Assembly (NCBI GenBank): GCA_947259795.1
Contig: CAMYNJ010000083.1
Span: 1 to 63,783, forward strand
Reading direction: 5' to 3'
Length of the DNA stretch: 63,783 bases
Source: an uncultured Alphaproteobacteria bacterium
GTDB taxonomy: Bacteria; Pseudomonadota; Alphaproteobacteria; UBA8366; JADFVY01
Shown one piece after another: positions 51,938-61,333 of this stretch (position 1 is its first letter; every line of letters starts with the position of its first letter). Both the position numbers and the translations under genes were made by a program. A model generated the notes under the pieces. That model was given only the letters and a program-made list of their open reading frames with translations. It did no database searches and had not been told where the DNA came from.

Positions 51938-54327
51938 TTTTCCGGCAGGACCCGCGATCGCGGGATCGTCACAGTCACCTTTGTCCCCTCCCCGGGTTCG
52001 CTGGTGATCCGGATCCAGCCCTGGTGCAGTTCCGCCAACGCCTTTACCAGCGACAACCCCAAACCCGTTCCTTCATAACGGCGCGTTAGCGAGCTTTCCA
52101 AACGCACGAAGGGCTCCAGGGCCCATTCGACCTCTTCCGCCTTCATGCCGATACCGGTATCCTCTACAGCCATTGTGAGGTTTCCGGCCTCGTCGAGCGA
52201 TGTTGCGGCGGTGACCCGGCCGCCGCGCCCTGTGAACTTTACGGCATTCGAAAGAAGGTTGATCAATACCTGCTTCATCTTGCGTTCGTCGGCCCTGAAC
52301 TGGGGTGCGGGCGCCGGCACGGTCTTGACTAACGCCACGCCGGCCTTTCTCGCCCGGTCCTCGACCAGCCGCAGGCAGCTTTCCACCAGTCGCGCACTGT
52401 CGATATCATCATCGGAAAGGTCTATATGCCCGGCCTCGATCCTGGACAGGTCCAGGATGTCGCCGATGAGGTCCAGAAGATGGAGGCCGCTGGTGTGAAT
52501 GTCCTGCGCATAGTCGACATAGCGGCTGTCCAGCGGACCGAAAGACTCACGCGAGATCATCTCCGAGAACCCCAGAACCGCGTTCAACGGCGTTCGCAGT
52601 TCGTGGCTCATATTGGCCAGAAACTCGGTTTTGGCCCGGTTCGCCAGTTCCGCTTGCTCCTTGGCGACCGTAAGTTCCTTCTCGCGTGCCATCTGATCGG
52701 TTATCACCCGGCGGACAAGTATGACACCGCCTTCGCGGGTCGGATATTCGTTCACCTGTACCCATTGCCCGTCGCCAACTTCATGGACGCTGCTGGACGG
52801 TGGATTGCGGTGACCCTCCAGCCGCCGCCGGACGAAACTCTCCCGCTCTTCCTGCGGGACCGCGTAAAAACCGCGCGCCGCGCCGCCACGTATGAAGTCC
52901 TCGAAACGCATGCCGGTCTTCAAAATGCCGGGGGCCAGCGCTTCCATTCGCTGGCGGTAGTTTTCGTTGAACAGGACCAGCCGGTCCTCTACGTCCCAAA
53001 GCGCGATACCTTCCGAGGTATTATCCAGCGCGTCCATGAAGCGCTGCCGCAACGTCTCGAGCGATCGGCGCCGGAGGACCTCCTCAGTCTCGTCGGCGGC
53101 GGTACCGCGATACCCCACAAAGTCGCCGCCGGGGCTGAAAACGGGCTTGCCGCTGATCCTCAGGTAATGCCTGGTGCCGGCCTCGTCATCGTAGGTATAA
53201 CGGAAATCGCGGAACGGCTCGTGCTTTTCCAGAATTCGTATATGGTTGCGCCAGACTGGTTCGTCGGGGCTGGCGCCTGCCACCTCCCAACGAGTCAGTC
53301 CCAGCCAACTGTCCGGGTCAACCCCGCTCATTTCCCCAACTTTGGCGGAAAAACGGGTAAACCGGAACTCCGCATCCATTTCCCACAGCCAGTCCGACGC
53401 GGCCTCCGCGAAATCCGCCAGCCGCGCCTCGCTTTCCCTTTGGGATTCCTCCGCTCTTCGGACGTCGGAAATGTCCTGGATCGTTCCGAACTGACCGACG
53501 AAATTTCCTTCTTCGTCTATCTCTGGATTGCCGATTTCATGGATGTATCTGATTTCGCCGGCGGGCAGGACAACCCGGTATTCCGTATCGAATGCCCGTT
53601 CCTCTTCATCGGCGGCGATCATTTCGGCGAGCACCCGGTCGCGATCCTCGGGATGTACGTTCCTGTACATTTCCTCGTTGGAGACGGCATCCGGCTTCAT
53701 CCAACCCTCGATTACCCGTAGCGCTTCGTCCGAAAGGTAGACAAGTGCGTCCTGGGACCAGCGCCAGTAACCGAGCCGGGCCAGCCGCTGGGCCTCTAGA
53801 AGCATTGCTTCTCTCTCGCGCAGCGCCTCATCCGCCACTTTTTGCTCGGTTATGTCCTGTATGATGCCGAAATACCCAAGAAAATCGCCGTTTTCGTCGA
53901 ATTCAGGCTCGCCGACTTCGTGGATATGGCGAATTTCACCGTCCGGGCGGACGATGCGGTACTGGATATCGAAAACCCCGTGAATGCCGTCGGTCGACTG
54001 ATATACCTGCTGCACGCGCTCGCGGTCAGCCGGGTGGGTCCGTTCCATCTCCGCTTCTGCCGACGGATCCAGCCGGTCCGGCTCAACACCAACAATTGCG
54101 GCGAATTCATCCGACCAGTTCACCAGCTTTCCGTCGGCCGCCGACCAGCGCCAATGTCCCAGCCGGGCCACCCGCTGCGCCTGTCGCAAAAGCGATTCGC
54201 TCCTGGACAGCGGTTCGCGCGCGGCGCCCGTGAGAGCAGTTTCGTTCGGGGGACGGCCCGGCGGCAGACCCTGGCCGCCAGAGGCTTTCCGATTTTGTTT
54301 CGCTGTCTTTGCGGCCATCCCGTTCAT
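51916..54327 (-). CDS. Cytoplasmic multi-PAS histidine kinase, PleC/DivJ-like
   Basis: About four PAS/PAC modules, FLANMSHELRTPLNAVLGFSEMI..FGPL, NLLSNAVKFT, DTGIG, GTGLGL; no TM segment. Confidence 0.9.
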   Translation of the reverse strand: MNGMAAKTAKQNRKASGGQGLPPGRPPNETALTGAAREPLSRSESLLRQAQRVARLGHWRWSAADGKLVNWSDEFAAIVGVEPDRLDPSAEAEMERTHPADRERVQQVYQSTDGIHGVFDIQYRIVRPDGEIRHIHEVGEPEFDENGDFLGYFGIIQDITEQKVADEALREREAMLLEAQRLARLGYWRWSQDALVYLSDEALRVIEGWMKPDAVSNEEMYRNVHPEDRDRVLAEMIAADEEERAFDTEYRVVLPAGEIRYIHEIGNPEIDEEGNFVGQFGTIQDISDVRRAEESQRESEARLADFAEAASDWLWEMDAEFRFTRFSAKVGEMSGVDPDSWLGLTRWEVAGASPDEPVWRNHIRILEKHEPFRDFRYTYDDEAGTRHYLRISGKPVFSPGGDFVGYRGTAADETEEVLRRRSLETLRQRFMDALDNTSEGIALWDVEDRLVLFNENYRQRMEALAPGILKTGMRFEDFIRGGAARGFYAVPQEERESFVRRRLEGHRNPPSSSVHEVGDGQWVQVNEYPTREGGVILVRRVITDQMAREKELTVAKEQAELANRAKTEFLANMSHELRTPLNAVLGFSEMISRESFGPLDSRYVDYAQDIHTSGLHLLDLIGDILDLSRIEAGHIDLSDDDIDSARLVESCLRLVEDRARKAGVALVKTVPAPAPQFRADERKMKQVLINLLSNAVKFTGRGGRVTAATSLDEAGNLTMAVEDTGIGMKAEEVEWALEPFVRLESSLTRRYEGTGLGLSLVKALAELHQGWIRITSEPGEGTKVTVTIPRSRVLPENYVSDPD

Positions 54328-54422
54328 CCTATCGTATGGATCGGGGAAAAGTCATGAGGCAGGCGAATTTCGGGATCGTAAATACATGGCGGGATTGCAG
54401 GCGCCGGAACGGCGCTACCCTC

Positions 54423-54451
54423 TTGCCCGCGCCCCGGCTTCGCCCTATGTT
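54423..54451 (+). promoter_or_regulatory. Sigma70 promoter of tRNA-Gln
   Basis: TTGCCC-N17-TATGTT followed by a GC-rich discriminator. Confidence 0.65.
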
Positions 54452-54470
54452 GCGGCCCGCCGGTCGCGAT

Positions 54471-54544
54471 TGGGGCGTAGCCAAGCGGTAAGGCACCGGG
54501 TTTTGATCCCGTGATCGCAGGTTCGATCCCTGCCGCCCCAGCCA
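54471..54544 (+). tRNA. tRNA-Gln (TTG)
   Basis: Acceptor stem TGGGGCG/CGCCCCA, D-arm TAGCCAAGCGGTAAGGC, anticodon TTG at 54503-54505, GGTTCGATCC T-loop, encoded CCA. Confidence 0.96.
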
Positions 54545-54583
54545 CCGTTACGGAATTTTGTCCCTGCTGTTTAGCAAAGCCGG

Positions 54584-55699
54584 TCAAGCGTTAGATCCGA
54601 CGTTCAAAATCGCGGCAATTTCCGTGTGCGCCGTTCGCCAGGCGGGGAACTGGACGACGAACTCTGTGCCCTGGCCGACGGTGCTAGTGACAAGAATGTT
54701 GCCTTCATGTTGCTGGACCAGGTCACGAACAATGGACAGGCCGAGCCCGGTGCCGTCACAAGCCTGCTTTGTCGTCTCGTCGGCGACACGGGTAAACGGC
54801 TCGAAGATCGTGGGGACCATCTCCTCCGCCACGCCGATGCCGGTGTCCTTGACGGTTACCTCGATACCGCCGGAACGGTTATAACAGGCGGACAGAGTCA
54901 CCGAACCGCTTTGTCTGGTATATTTGATCGCGTTGGAGACCAGGTTGGTGAAGACCTTCCACAGTTTCTTCTCATCGGCATGCAGGGCAACGCCGTCCGT
55001 GATGTTGCATTCGACGCGCACGTTGTTTTCTTGGGACATGGGGGACAGCTCGCTGCAAATCTCCCGGGCCAGAGCATGGAGTAGTACGACTGTCTCGGTC
55101 AGGCCGTTATCCAGGCTCCTTTGGCTCTCCGCCTCGAGGATGTCGTTGACGAGATCAAGCATACGGCTTCCCGATTTATGGATGAGCTGGAAATATTCGC
55201 GCGCCTTGGTCCAGTTCTGCTGATGTGGCGGCAGGAGTTCGGAAGCCGCTGAAAAACCAAGAATGGTCGTAAGCGGCGAGCGCAAATCATGCATCAGTTT
55301 GGCGTTCTCGCAAAAGTTCCCGATAGGTGGGAATTGCCTGTGCTGGGCGGAAATATCAACATGGGTTACCAGCGTCCGTTGTCCCAGGTTCCTGGCTATG
55401 ACCTTGAACCAGCGCTTGGCGTCGAGCCCGTGGCATGGATAAACAAGTTCGAAGGTCTCGACAGCACCGTCGAGCACGGCTCGCAGATTCGCGCCAAAAA
55501 GATCAGCCTGGAATTTTTCTGCCCCTTGAGCTCTCTCGCAGACGCCGAGATAGCTCGTGCCAACGAAACTCCTGCCGCCATACCCGTTGGCGTGGGCAAA
55601 GGCGACCCAGGCGTCGTTGACGAAGACGATACGCCCGCTCGAGTCCAGCATGGCGGTTTGGGCCGGCAGGAAGTTCAGGCCGAGAAATCGATCATCCAT
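54584..55699 (-). CDS. Single-PAS cytoplasmic histidine kinase
   Basis: LDSSGRIVFVNDAW..YPCH..RWF PAS, HDLRSPL H-box, NLVSNAIKYT, DTGIG, GTGLGL. Confidence 0.88.
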   Translation of the reverse strand: MDDRFLGLNFLPAQTAMLDSSGRIVFVNDAWVAFAHANGYGGRSFVGTSYLGVCERAQGAEKFQADLFGANLRAVLDGAVETFELVYPCHGLDAKRWFKVIARNLGQRTLVTHVDISAQHRQFPPIGNFCENAKLMHDLRSPLTTILGFSAASELLPPHQQNWTKAREYFQLIHKSGSRMLDLVNDILEAESQRSLDNGLTETVVLLHALAREICSELSPMSQENNVRVECNITDGVALHADEKKLWKVFTNLVSNAIKYTRQSGSVTLSACYNRSGGIEVTVKDTGIGVAEEMVPTIFEPFTRVADETTKQACDGTGLGLSIVRDLVQQHEGNILVTSTVGQGTEFVVQFPAWRTAHTEIAAILNVGSNA

Positions 55700-56087
55700 G
55701 ATGTGCCAACCGCCGGTCTTTGGTCCGTGCCATCAGGTTGCGGATGGCAATATCCAGTGGGACAGGGGGAGGTGCAGGCTGAAGCATTTTATATACCTAT
55801 GGTTGTATTCATCTATGCAGCCTCTTCCCCACTTCTTGTTCGAGTGGACGAAAATCCGAATTAAAGACAAATTTGATTGAGAATTTGTTAACGGACAGCC
55901 CGGCGTCAAAGGTCGGACAACCGCCGAAATGCCGCGCTGTTATATCGCTGTCGGCAAGGCCGTTTCGACGTCTATACCGCCATTTCATTCCAGAAATTTC
56001 GTGCGCATTGACGGGAGGGTTCTCAGTCGATGGCGGAGTGCGTCGGCTCAGCCGACATTCGGGAAAAATCTGAAGATCCGCGACGCG

Positions 56088-56498
56088 CTATAGATGGCTC
56101 AGTTCGATGTCCTCGCAGGATAGGCCGAACTGGCTGAGGCCCTCCTCCAGAAAGTCGCCAAGCAACGGCGCGCCCAGCAGATATTCGGCGGTATGGCCAT
56201 GCTCGTCGCGGGCCCGAACCGCTTCGGTACGCGCATCTTCCCATTCCGACACGTCAAAGTCGCCGCGTCCCAACCACATCAGGGCGACAAGGTCGATCTG
56301 CTCGTCTTCATTCAGGTCGTCGACGAACATCTTGATTTCCTGCAGGGTCGGATCGTCCGCATAGTCCTGCAGAACCTCGCGGGAACCGGAGTCGGAAGGA
56401 TTGCCGCCGGGATCGGGCTCCTCGACATCGACCTTGACGTCGAACTCGCGGGCCTTGACGATCAGGAAGCAGACTTTGTCGGTACTGATATCGGGCAT
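56088..56498 (-). CDS. DUF3775-family protein
   Basis: KVCFLIVKAREFD, EQIDLVALMWLGRGDF, YLLGxPLLGDFLEEGL. Confidence 0.88.
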   Translation of the reverse strand: MPDISTDKVCFLIVKAREFDVKVDVEEPDPGGNPSDSGSREVLQDYADDPTLQEIKMFVDDLNEDEQIDLVALMWLGRGDFDVSEWEDARTEAVRARDEHGHTAEYLLGAPLLGDFLEEGLSQFGLSCEDIELSHL

Positions 56499-56604
56499 CG
56501 CTATTCCCTCCGCCGGTTACCTGATTTTGCGTCAGCGTGATCCTATCGCGGCGATCCGGCATTGAGCTACGTCAATATGGAGACCAAAGTCGAACCCGGA
56601 CATC

Positions 56605-57900
56605 TCAGGATTCCCCGGGCTCCGTTCCCATCGGGTCGAACTCCGATGGTATTTCCTCCCAATCCGCGGCGTCATCGGGCGTTTCCGGATTCAGGGTGAC
56701 CGCCACAGGCGACCCCCGGGGCGGCATGGATACGAAGTTTCCCTGATCTTCCAGCGGCCTGGAAGCGCGGCGCGTCATGCGCCACAGGGCAAACAGGGCG
56801 ATGAAACAATGCACCAGCGCCAGCCACATGAAGAACCCTTCCGGTCCGGCCAGCTGCATCGCGATGGACCCGCTGGTCGGCCCGAGGATCGCCCCCAGGC
56901 CGTTGACCAGCACGAAGGCGCTGCTGGCCGCGACCATCTGTTTAGGGTCCAGGAAATCGTTCAGATGCGCGCCGCAGAGCGAATACATCGGCAAAGTCAT
57001 GCCGCCGAACAGGAAGGTCAGCCCCAGCAGCCACCATAACGGCAAATCGGGGACCAGTCCGGCAATCGCTGCGAACAGCGCTGCCAGCGAGGTAACGCCG
57101 ACGATCACCTTGCGCCGGTCCAGCAGGTCGGAAATCCGCCCCACCGGCCATTGCAGCAGCATCCCGCCCAGCAAAATCAGGCCCATGAAGAGCGAGACCT
57201 CAGCGTTTGATAGGCCAGCCATCTTGCCGTACACGGCGCCCATCCCGAAAATAGTGCCGTTGGCGAGACCGGTGGCGAGGCCGCCGACTACGCCGAGCGG
57301 CGAGATGACATAGAGCTGCCGCAGCCCGACCGGCGACGGTGCATCGAATGCAGGAGCCGGCGCCGCGGTCAGCGAGATCGGCACGAGGGCCAGCGACACC
57401 ATCACCGATATCAGCACGAACAGGTCGAAACCTGTCGGGTCGCCGACATTCAGAAGGAACTGCCCGGCGGTCATGCCGCCATAGGTCACCACCATATAGA
57501 TCGACAGGATCTGGCCGCGGGTTTCGTTGGTCGCGCGGTCGTTGAGCCAGCTTTCCGCCACCACGTAAAGCCCGGCGTAGGAAAAGCCGGTAACGATGCG
57601 CATCGCACCCCAGGTCCAGGGGTCAACGAACACCGCATGCACCAGCGCCGAGGTCGAAGCCAGCGAGGCAAGCGCCGCGAACACCCGGATATGGCCGACG
57701 CGCTCCACGACCCTGGGCGTGATCGTCGATCCGGCCAGGAAACCGACGAAATAGCCGGTCATGACGAAACCGGTGACGGTGGTGGGGAATCCCTCCAGCG
57801 TGGCGCGCAGGCCCAGCAGCGTTCCCTGCAGCCCGTTGCCGAGCATGATGAACGCCATGCCTAGCAGTAATGCCCACGCCGCCATCAGTGCCGAATACAT
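56605..57900 (-). CDS. MFS transporter (YcaD-like)
   Basis: GNGLQGTLLGLR, RVGHIRVFA, ESWLN, QWPVGRISD..DRR. Confidence 0.9.
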   Translation of the reverse strand: MYSALMAAWALLLGMAFIMLGNGLQGTLLGLRATLEGFPTTVTGFVMTGYFVGFLAGSTITPRVVERVGHIRVFAALASLASTSALVHAVFVDPWTWGAMRIVTGFSYAGLYVVAESWLNDRATNETRGQILSIYMVVTYGGMTAGQFLLNVGDPTGFDLFVLISVMVSLALVPISLTAAPAPAFDAPSPVGLRQLYVISPLGVVGGLATGLANGTIFGMGAVYGKMAGLSNAEVSLFMGLILLGGMLLQWPVGRISDLLDRRKVIVGVTSLAALFAAIAGLVPDLPLWWLLGLTFLFGGMTLPMYSLCGAHLNDFLDPKQMVAASSAFVLVNGLGAILGPTSGSIAMQLAGPEGFFMWLALVHCFIALFALWRMTRRASRPLEDQGNFVSMPPRGSPVAVTLNPETPDDAADWEEIPSEFDPMGTEPGES

Positions 57901-58036
57901 GGGCCAGCCCCCGGGAAAGTGTTTAATAATAAGCTTCGCTTATGCCCGATATCAGGTTGGCCGCGAAACGAAAAGCTCCCTGCAGATATGCGGAAAACGG
58001 GCAGGGAATAATTGGCTGATAACGCTGTATACTTGA

Positions 58037-58573
58037 GTGACGGCGGCAGATGGGAAAGGCAGGAAGTTGGATTTGTTCTTGCAGGAACTCGAACAATGGA
58101 GCCCGAACCTGCGGCGTTATGCGAGGGCCCTGACCCGCAACGCCGAGCAGGCGGACGACCTGGTCCAGGATTGCCTGGAGCGGGCGCTTTCACGGCGGCA
58201 TTTGTGGAAGGAAGACGGCAACACGAGGGCCTGGCTGTTCACGATCATGCATAACATCCATGCCAACGACACGCGGCGGCGCGGCAGCCGCCCGGCTCCC
58301 GTGCCGATCGACGATCAGGACGGCCATTATTCCCGTCCCGCCTCACAGCAATCGCGGATCGTCGGGCTGGAACTGACCGCGGCGTTGGAGGAACTGCCGG
58401 CCGAACAACGCCAAGTAATCCTGCTGGTCGCGCTGGAAGGAATGAGTTACGGCCAGGTCGCCGAGACCGTCGGCATTGCCCAGGGCACCGTAATGTCGCG
58501 CCTGTCGCGCGGGCGCGAGCGGCTGCGGCGACTGATGGAAGAGGGCGCACCGTCGCTGAGGGTGGTGAAATGA
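58037..58573 (+). CDS. ECF RNA polymerase sigma factor (PrtI/ECF26-like)
   Basis: LRRYARAL, ADDLVQD, AWLFTIMHN, GMSY, GTVMSRLSRGR. Confidence 0.92.
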   Translation: MTAADGKGRKLDLFLQELEQWSPNLRRYARALTRNAEQADDLVQDCLERALSRRHLWKEDGNTRAWLFTIMHNIHANDTRRRGSRPAPVPIDDQDGHYSRPASQQSRIVGLELTAALEELPAEQRQVILLVALEGMSYGQVAETVGIAQGTVMSRLSRGRERLRRLMEEGAPSLRVVK

Positions 58574-59343
58574 ACGACAAACCATATGAGATCGACGAAA
58601 CCGAATTGCACGCCTGGATCGACGGGCAACTTGACAGCGACCGCGCCGGCGCGGTGGAAGCCGCCATCGCCGCCGATGCCGAACTCGCCGCGCGAGCGAA
58701 TGCCTATGCTGAGCAGAACCGCGAGATCAGGGCCCTGTTCGGGGGCGTGGCGGACGAGCCCTTGCCCGAACGGCTTCGCGTCGCGAATATCGCATCCCGC
58801 CAGTCCCGCCGCCGCTGGCTGATACCCGTGGCGGCTTCGGTAGCCTGGCTGGCGATCGGGCTTGCCGGCGGCTGGCTGGCTAACGGCTGGCTGGGCGACC
58901 GGGCGCTGGTCGACGCCTCGCGCCATGTTGCGCAGGAAGCAATGTCGGCGCATCGGGTCTATGCGGTCGAGGTGTTGCATCCGGTCGAGGTTTTTGCCGA
59001 TCAGGAGGCGCATCTGGTCAAATGGCTGTCCAAGCGGTTGGGCCGCGACATCCGAACGCCGGATCTGGCGCCGCTCGGCTTTCAACTGGTCGGCGGGCGG
59101 CTGCTGCCGGCCAAAGGCGGCGAACCCGCGGCCCAGTTCATGTATGAGGACCAGACAGGCCGCCGCGTCACCGTCTATATCTCGCTTTACGAGTCCGGTC
59201 AGGAGACAGCCTTCCGCTATCAGGACGGCGCCTTCGTCTGGCTGGAGCCCGAAATGGGTTACGCCATCACCGGCGACATCCCGCGCGAACCTCTGCTGGC
59301 GGTCAGCAACATCGTCTACGAGACCTTCGAACCGACGCATTAG
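58570..59343 (+). CDS. Membrane-bound anti-sigma factor (PrtR-like)
   Basis: LHAWIDGQL, single TM, AHRVY..HPVEV, WLSKRL, LVGGRLLP, AQFMYE; ATGA overlap with the sigma gene. Confidence 0.9.
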   Translation: MNDKPYEIDETELHAWIDGQLDSDRAGAVEAAIAADAELAARANAYAEQNREIRALFGGVADEPLPERLRVANIASRQSRRRWLIPVAASVAWLAIGLAGGWLANGWLGDRALVDASRHVAQEAMSAHRVYAVEVLHPVEVFADQEAHLVKWLSKRLGRDIRTPDLAPLGFQLVGGRLLPAKGGEPAAQFMYEDQTGRRVTVYISLYESGQETAFRYQDGAFVWLEPEMGYAITGDIPREPLLAVSNIVYETFEPTH

Positions 59344-59425
59344 AGACGTCCGTTTCACTGCGTCGAATGTCCGCGGGTATCCGATCGCACTTGCCGCACC
59401 GGTCCCGCAGGGCTATCAGGGATGG

Positions 59426-60124
59426 ATGGTCGAATCCCGGACGATCGAGCTTGGCGGGCGCGAAGTGGCGCTGGTGGTGCGGCACAGCGCGCGGGCGCGG
59501 CGGCTTGCCCTGCGCATTCCCGGCCATGATGATTCGGTCGAGCTGGTGCTCCCCGCCCGCACAGCGGAGGCTGACGGGCTGGCCTTTCTGCGTTCGCGCA
59601 CCGACTGGGTGATCGAGCGGCTGGAGCAGATGCCGCCGCGTGTGCCCTTCGCCGATGGGGCGGTGCTGCCGCTGGGCGGTGCGCCGCATGTCCTGCGCCA
59701 TGTTGGCGGGCGCGGCGCGCCGGTGCGCCTCGAAGGCAACGAGATCCTGGTTACCGGCAGCCCGGACCATATGGCGCGCCGGGCCGGCGACTGGCTGCGC
59801 GCCGAGGCACGGCGGCGCATCGAGCCACCTGCGCATCGCATGGCGGCGGAAATTGGCCGCGCGGTCAACCGCATTACCATTCGCGACCAGAAGAGCCGCT
59901 GGGGCAGCTGCGCGCCGGCCGGGAGACTGTCCTTCAACTGGCGGCTGGTACTGGCCCCCGCCTGGGTGCTGGATTACGTAGTCGCCCACGAGGTCGCCCA
60001 TATCGCCGAGCCGAACCATTCGCCGGCCTTCTGGGCCGCGGTCGCCCGCTTGAATCCCGACGCCAAGGCCGGCCGCGCCTGGCTGCGGCGTGAGGGCATG
60101 GATCTGCACCGGTACGGCCGATGA
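59426..60124 (+). CDS. YgjP/DUF45 (M48/SprT-like) zinc metalloprotein
   Basis: RDQKSRWGSC, LSFNWRL, YVVAHEVAH, NHSPAFW. Confidence 0.9.
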   Translation: MVESRTIELGGREVALVVRHSARARRLALRIPGHDDSVELVLPARTAEADGLAFLRSRTDWVIERLEQMPPRVPFADGAVLPLGGAPHVLRHVGGRGAPVRLEGNEILVTGSPDHMARRAGDWLRAEARRRIEPPAHRMAAEIGRAVNRITIRDQKSRWGSCAPAGRLSFNWRLVLAPAWVLDYVVAHEVAHIAEPNHSPAFWAAVARLNPDAKAGRAWLRREGMDLHRYGR

Positions 60125-61326
60125 ACCGGCCAGGGAGCCGGGCGCTGGTCAGCCTGCTTACCGCGCTGGTGGCCCTAGGGCCGGTGTCGGTCTCGCTCTA
60201 TGTGCCCTCGATGCCGGCGCTGGCGGCTGAATTCCGGGCGACGCCCGCACTGGTGCAGCAGAGTTTCACGATTTTCGTAATCGGCTTCGCCGTGGCGCAA
60301 CTTGTCTACGGTCCGCTGGCCGACCGGTTCGGGCGCCGGCCGGTTCTGATCGGCGGGCTGATCCTCTATATCGCCGCCAGCCTGGCCTGCGCGCTATCCA
60401 CAAGCATCGATGAATTCCTGATAGCGCGTCTTGTCCAGGGGCTGGGTGCCTGCGTCGGGCCGGTGGTGGTGCGGGCTATCGTACGCGACCGTTTCGAGCG
60501 CGCCGACGCGGTACGCGCCTTCGCCTTCATCGGCACCGCGATCGCGCTGGCCCCGGCGCTGGGTCCACTGATCGGCGGCTTCCTTGAGGTCTGGTTCGGC
60601 TGGCAGTCGGCCTTCCTGTTCCTCGTTGGTTACGGCTTGTTGATGACGGCGCTGGTACTGGCGCGACTCGAAGAGACGGTCCCCCAACGCGACCCCAGTG
60701 CGACCGACCCGGCGCGGCTAATCCGCAATTATGCCAGCCTGCTGTCAAACGCCCGCTATCTGGGCTACCTGGCGCCGATCACCTTCTGTTTCGGCGGGCT
60801 ATTCGCCTACAACGCCGCCGCGCCCTTTCTGTTCATCGACCGGCTGGGCCTGTCGCCGGACCGGTTCGGCATGCTGGCGATCTTCACGGTCAGCACCTAT
60901 GCCACCGGGTCCTGGCTGGCCGGACGGCTGGAGGGACGGCTCAGCATCCGGCGCACGGCCATTATGGGGCTCGCCGCGGCCGGGTTGGCGACGGCACTGA
61001 TGCTACTGCTGGCGGGCGAGTTGTCGCTGGCGCGGGTGATCGGGCCGATGATGCTGTTCGTCTTCGGTTTCGGACTGCTGATGCCGGCCTGCACCGCCGC
61101 GGCACTGCACCCCTTCCCGCGCATTGCCGGCAGCGCCTCGGCCATGATGGGCTTCCTGCAGATGGGCGTCGGCGCGGCGGGCAGCCTGATCCTGTCGCGG
61201 GTCTATGACGGCACGGCGCTGTCGCTGGCCCTCGTCATGGCGATGTTGGCGGCGCTGGGGGCCACTGGATTCCTGTTTCTGGCCCCGAGCGCCGCCGCCG
61301 AAGATGCCGCCGCCGGCGAGGGCTGA
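60121..61326 (+). CDS. Bcr/CflA-family MFS efflux transporter
   Basis: YVPSMP, QLVYGPLADRFGRRPV, RAIVRD, AGSASA. Confidence 0.9.
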   Translation: MNRPGSRALVSLLTALVALGPVSVSLYVPSMPALAAEFRATPALVQQSFTIFVIGFAVAQLVYGPLADRFGRRPVLIGGLILYIAASLACALSTSIDEFLIARLVQGLGACVGPVVVRAIVRDRFERADAVRAFAFIGTAIALAPALGPLIGGFLEVWFGWQSAFLFLVGYGLLMTALVLARLEETVPQRDPSATDPARLIRNYASLLSNARYLGYLAPITFCFGGLFAYNAAAPFLFIDRLGLSPDRFGMLAIFTVSTYATGSWLAGRLEGRLSIRRTAIMGLAAAGLATALMLLLAGELSLARVIGPMMLFVFGFGLLMPACTAAALHPFPRIAGSASAMMGFLQMGVGAAGSLILSRVYDGTALSLALVMAMLAALGATGFLFLAPSAAAEDAAAGEG

Positions 61327-61333
61327 TTCCGCG

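Noticed and set aside
54545-56087. Integrative element at tRNA-Gln
   Set aside because: No integrase and no duplicated tRNA 3' end seen downstream
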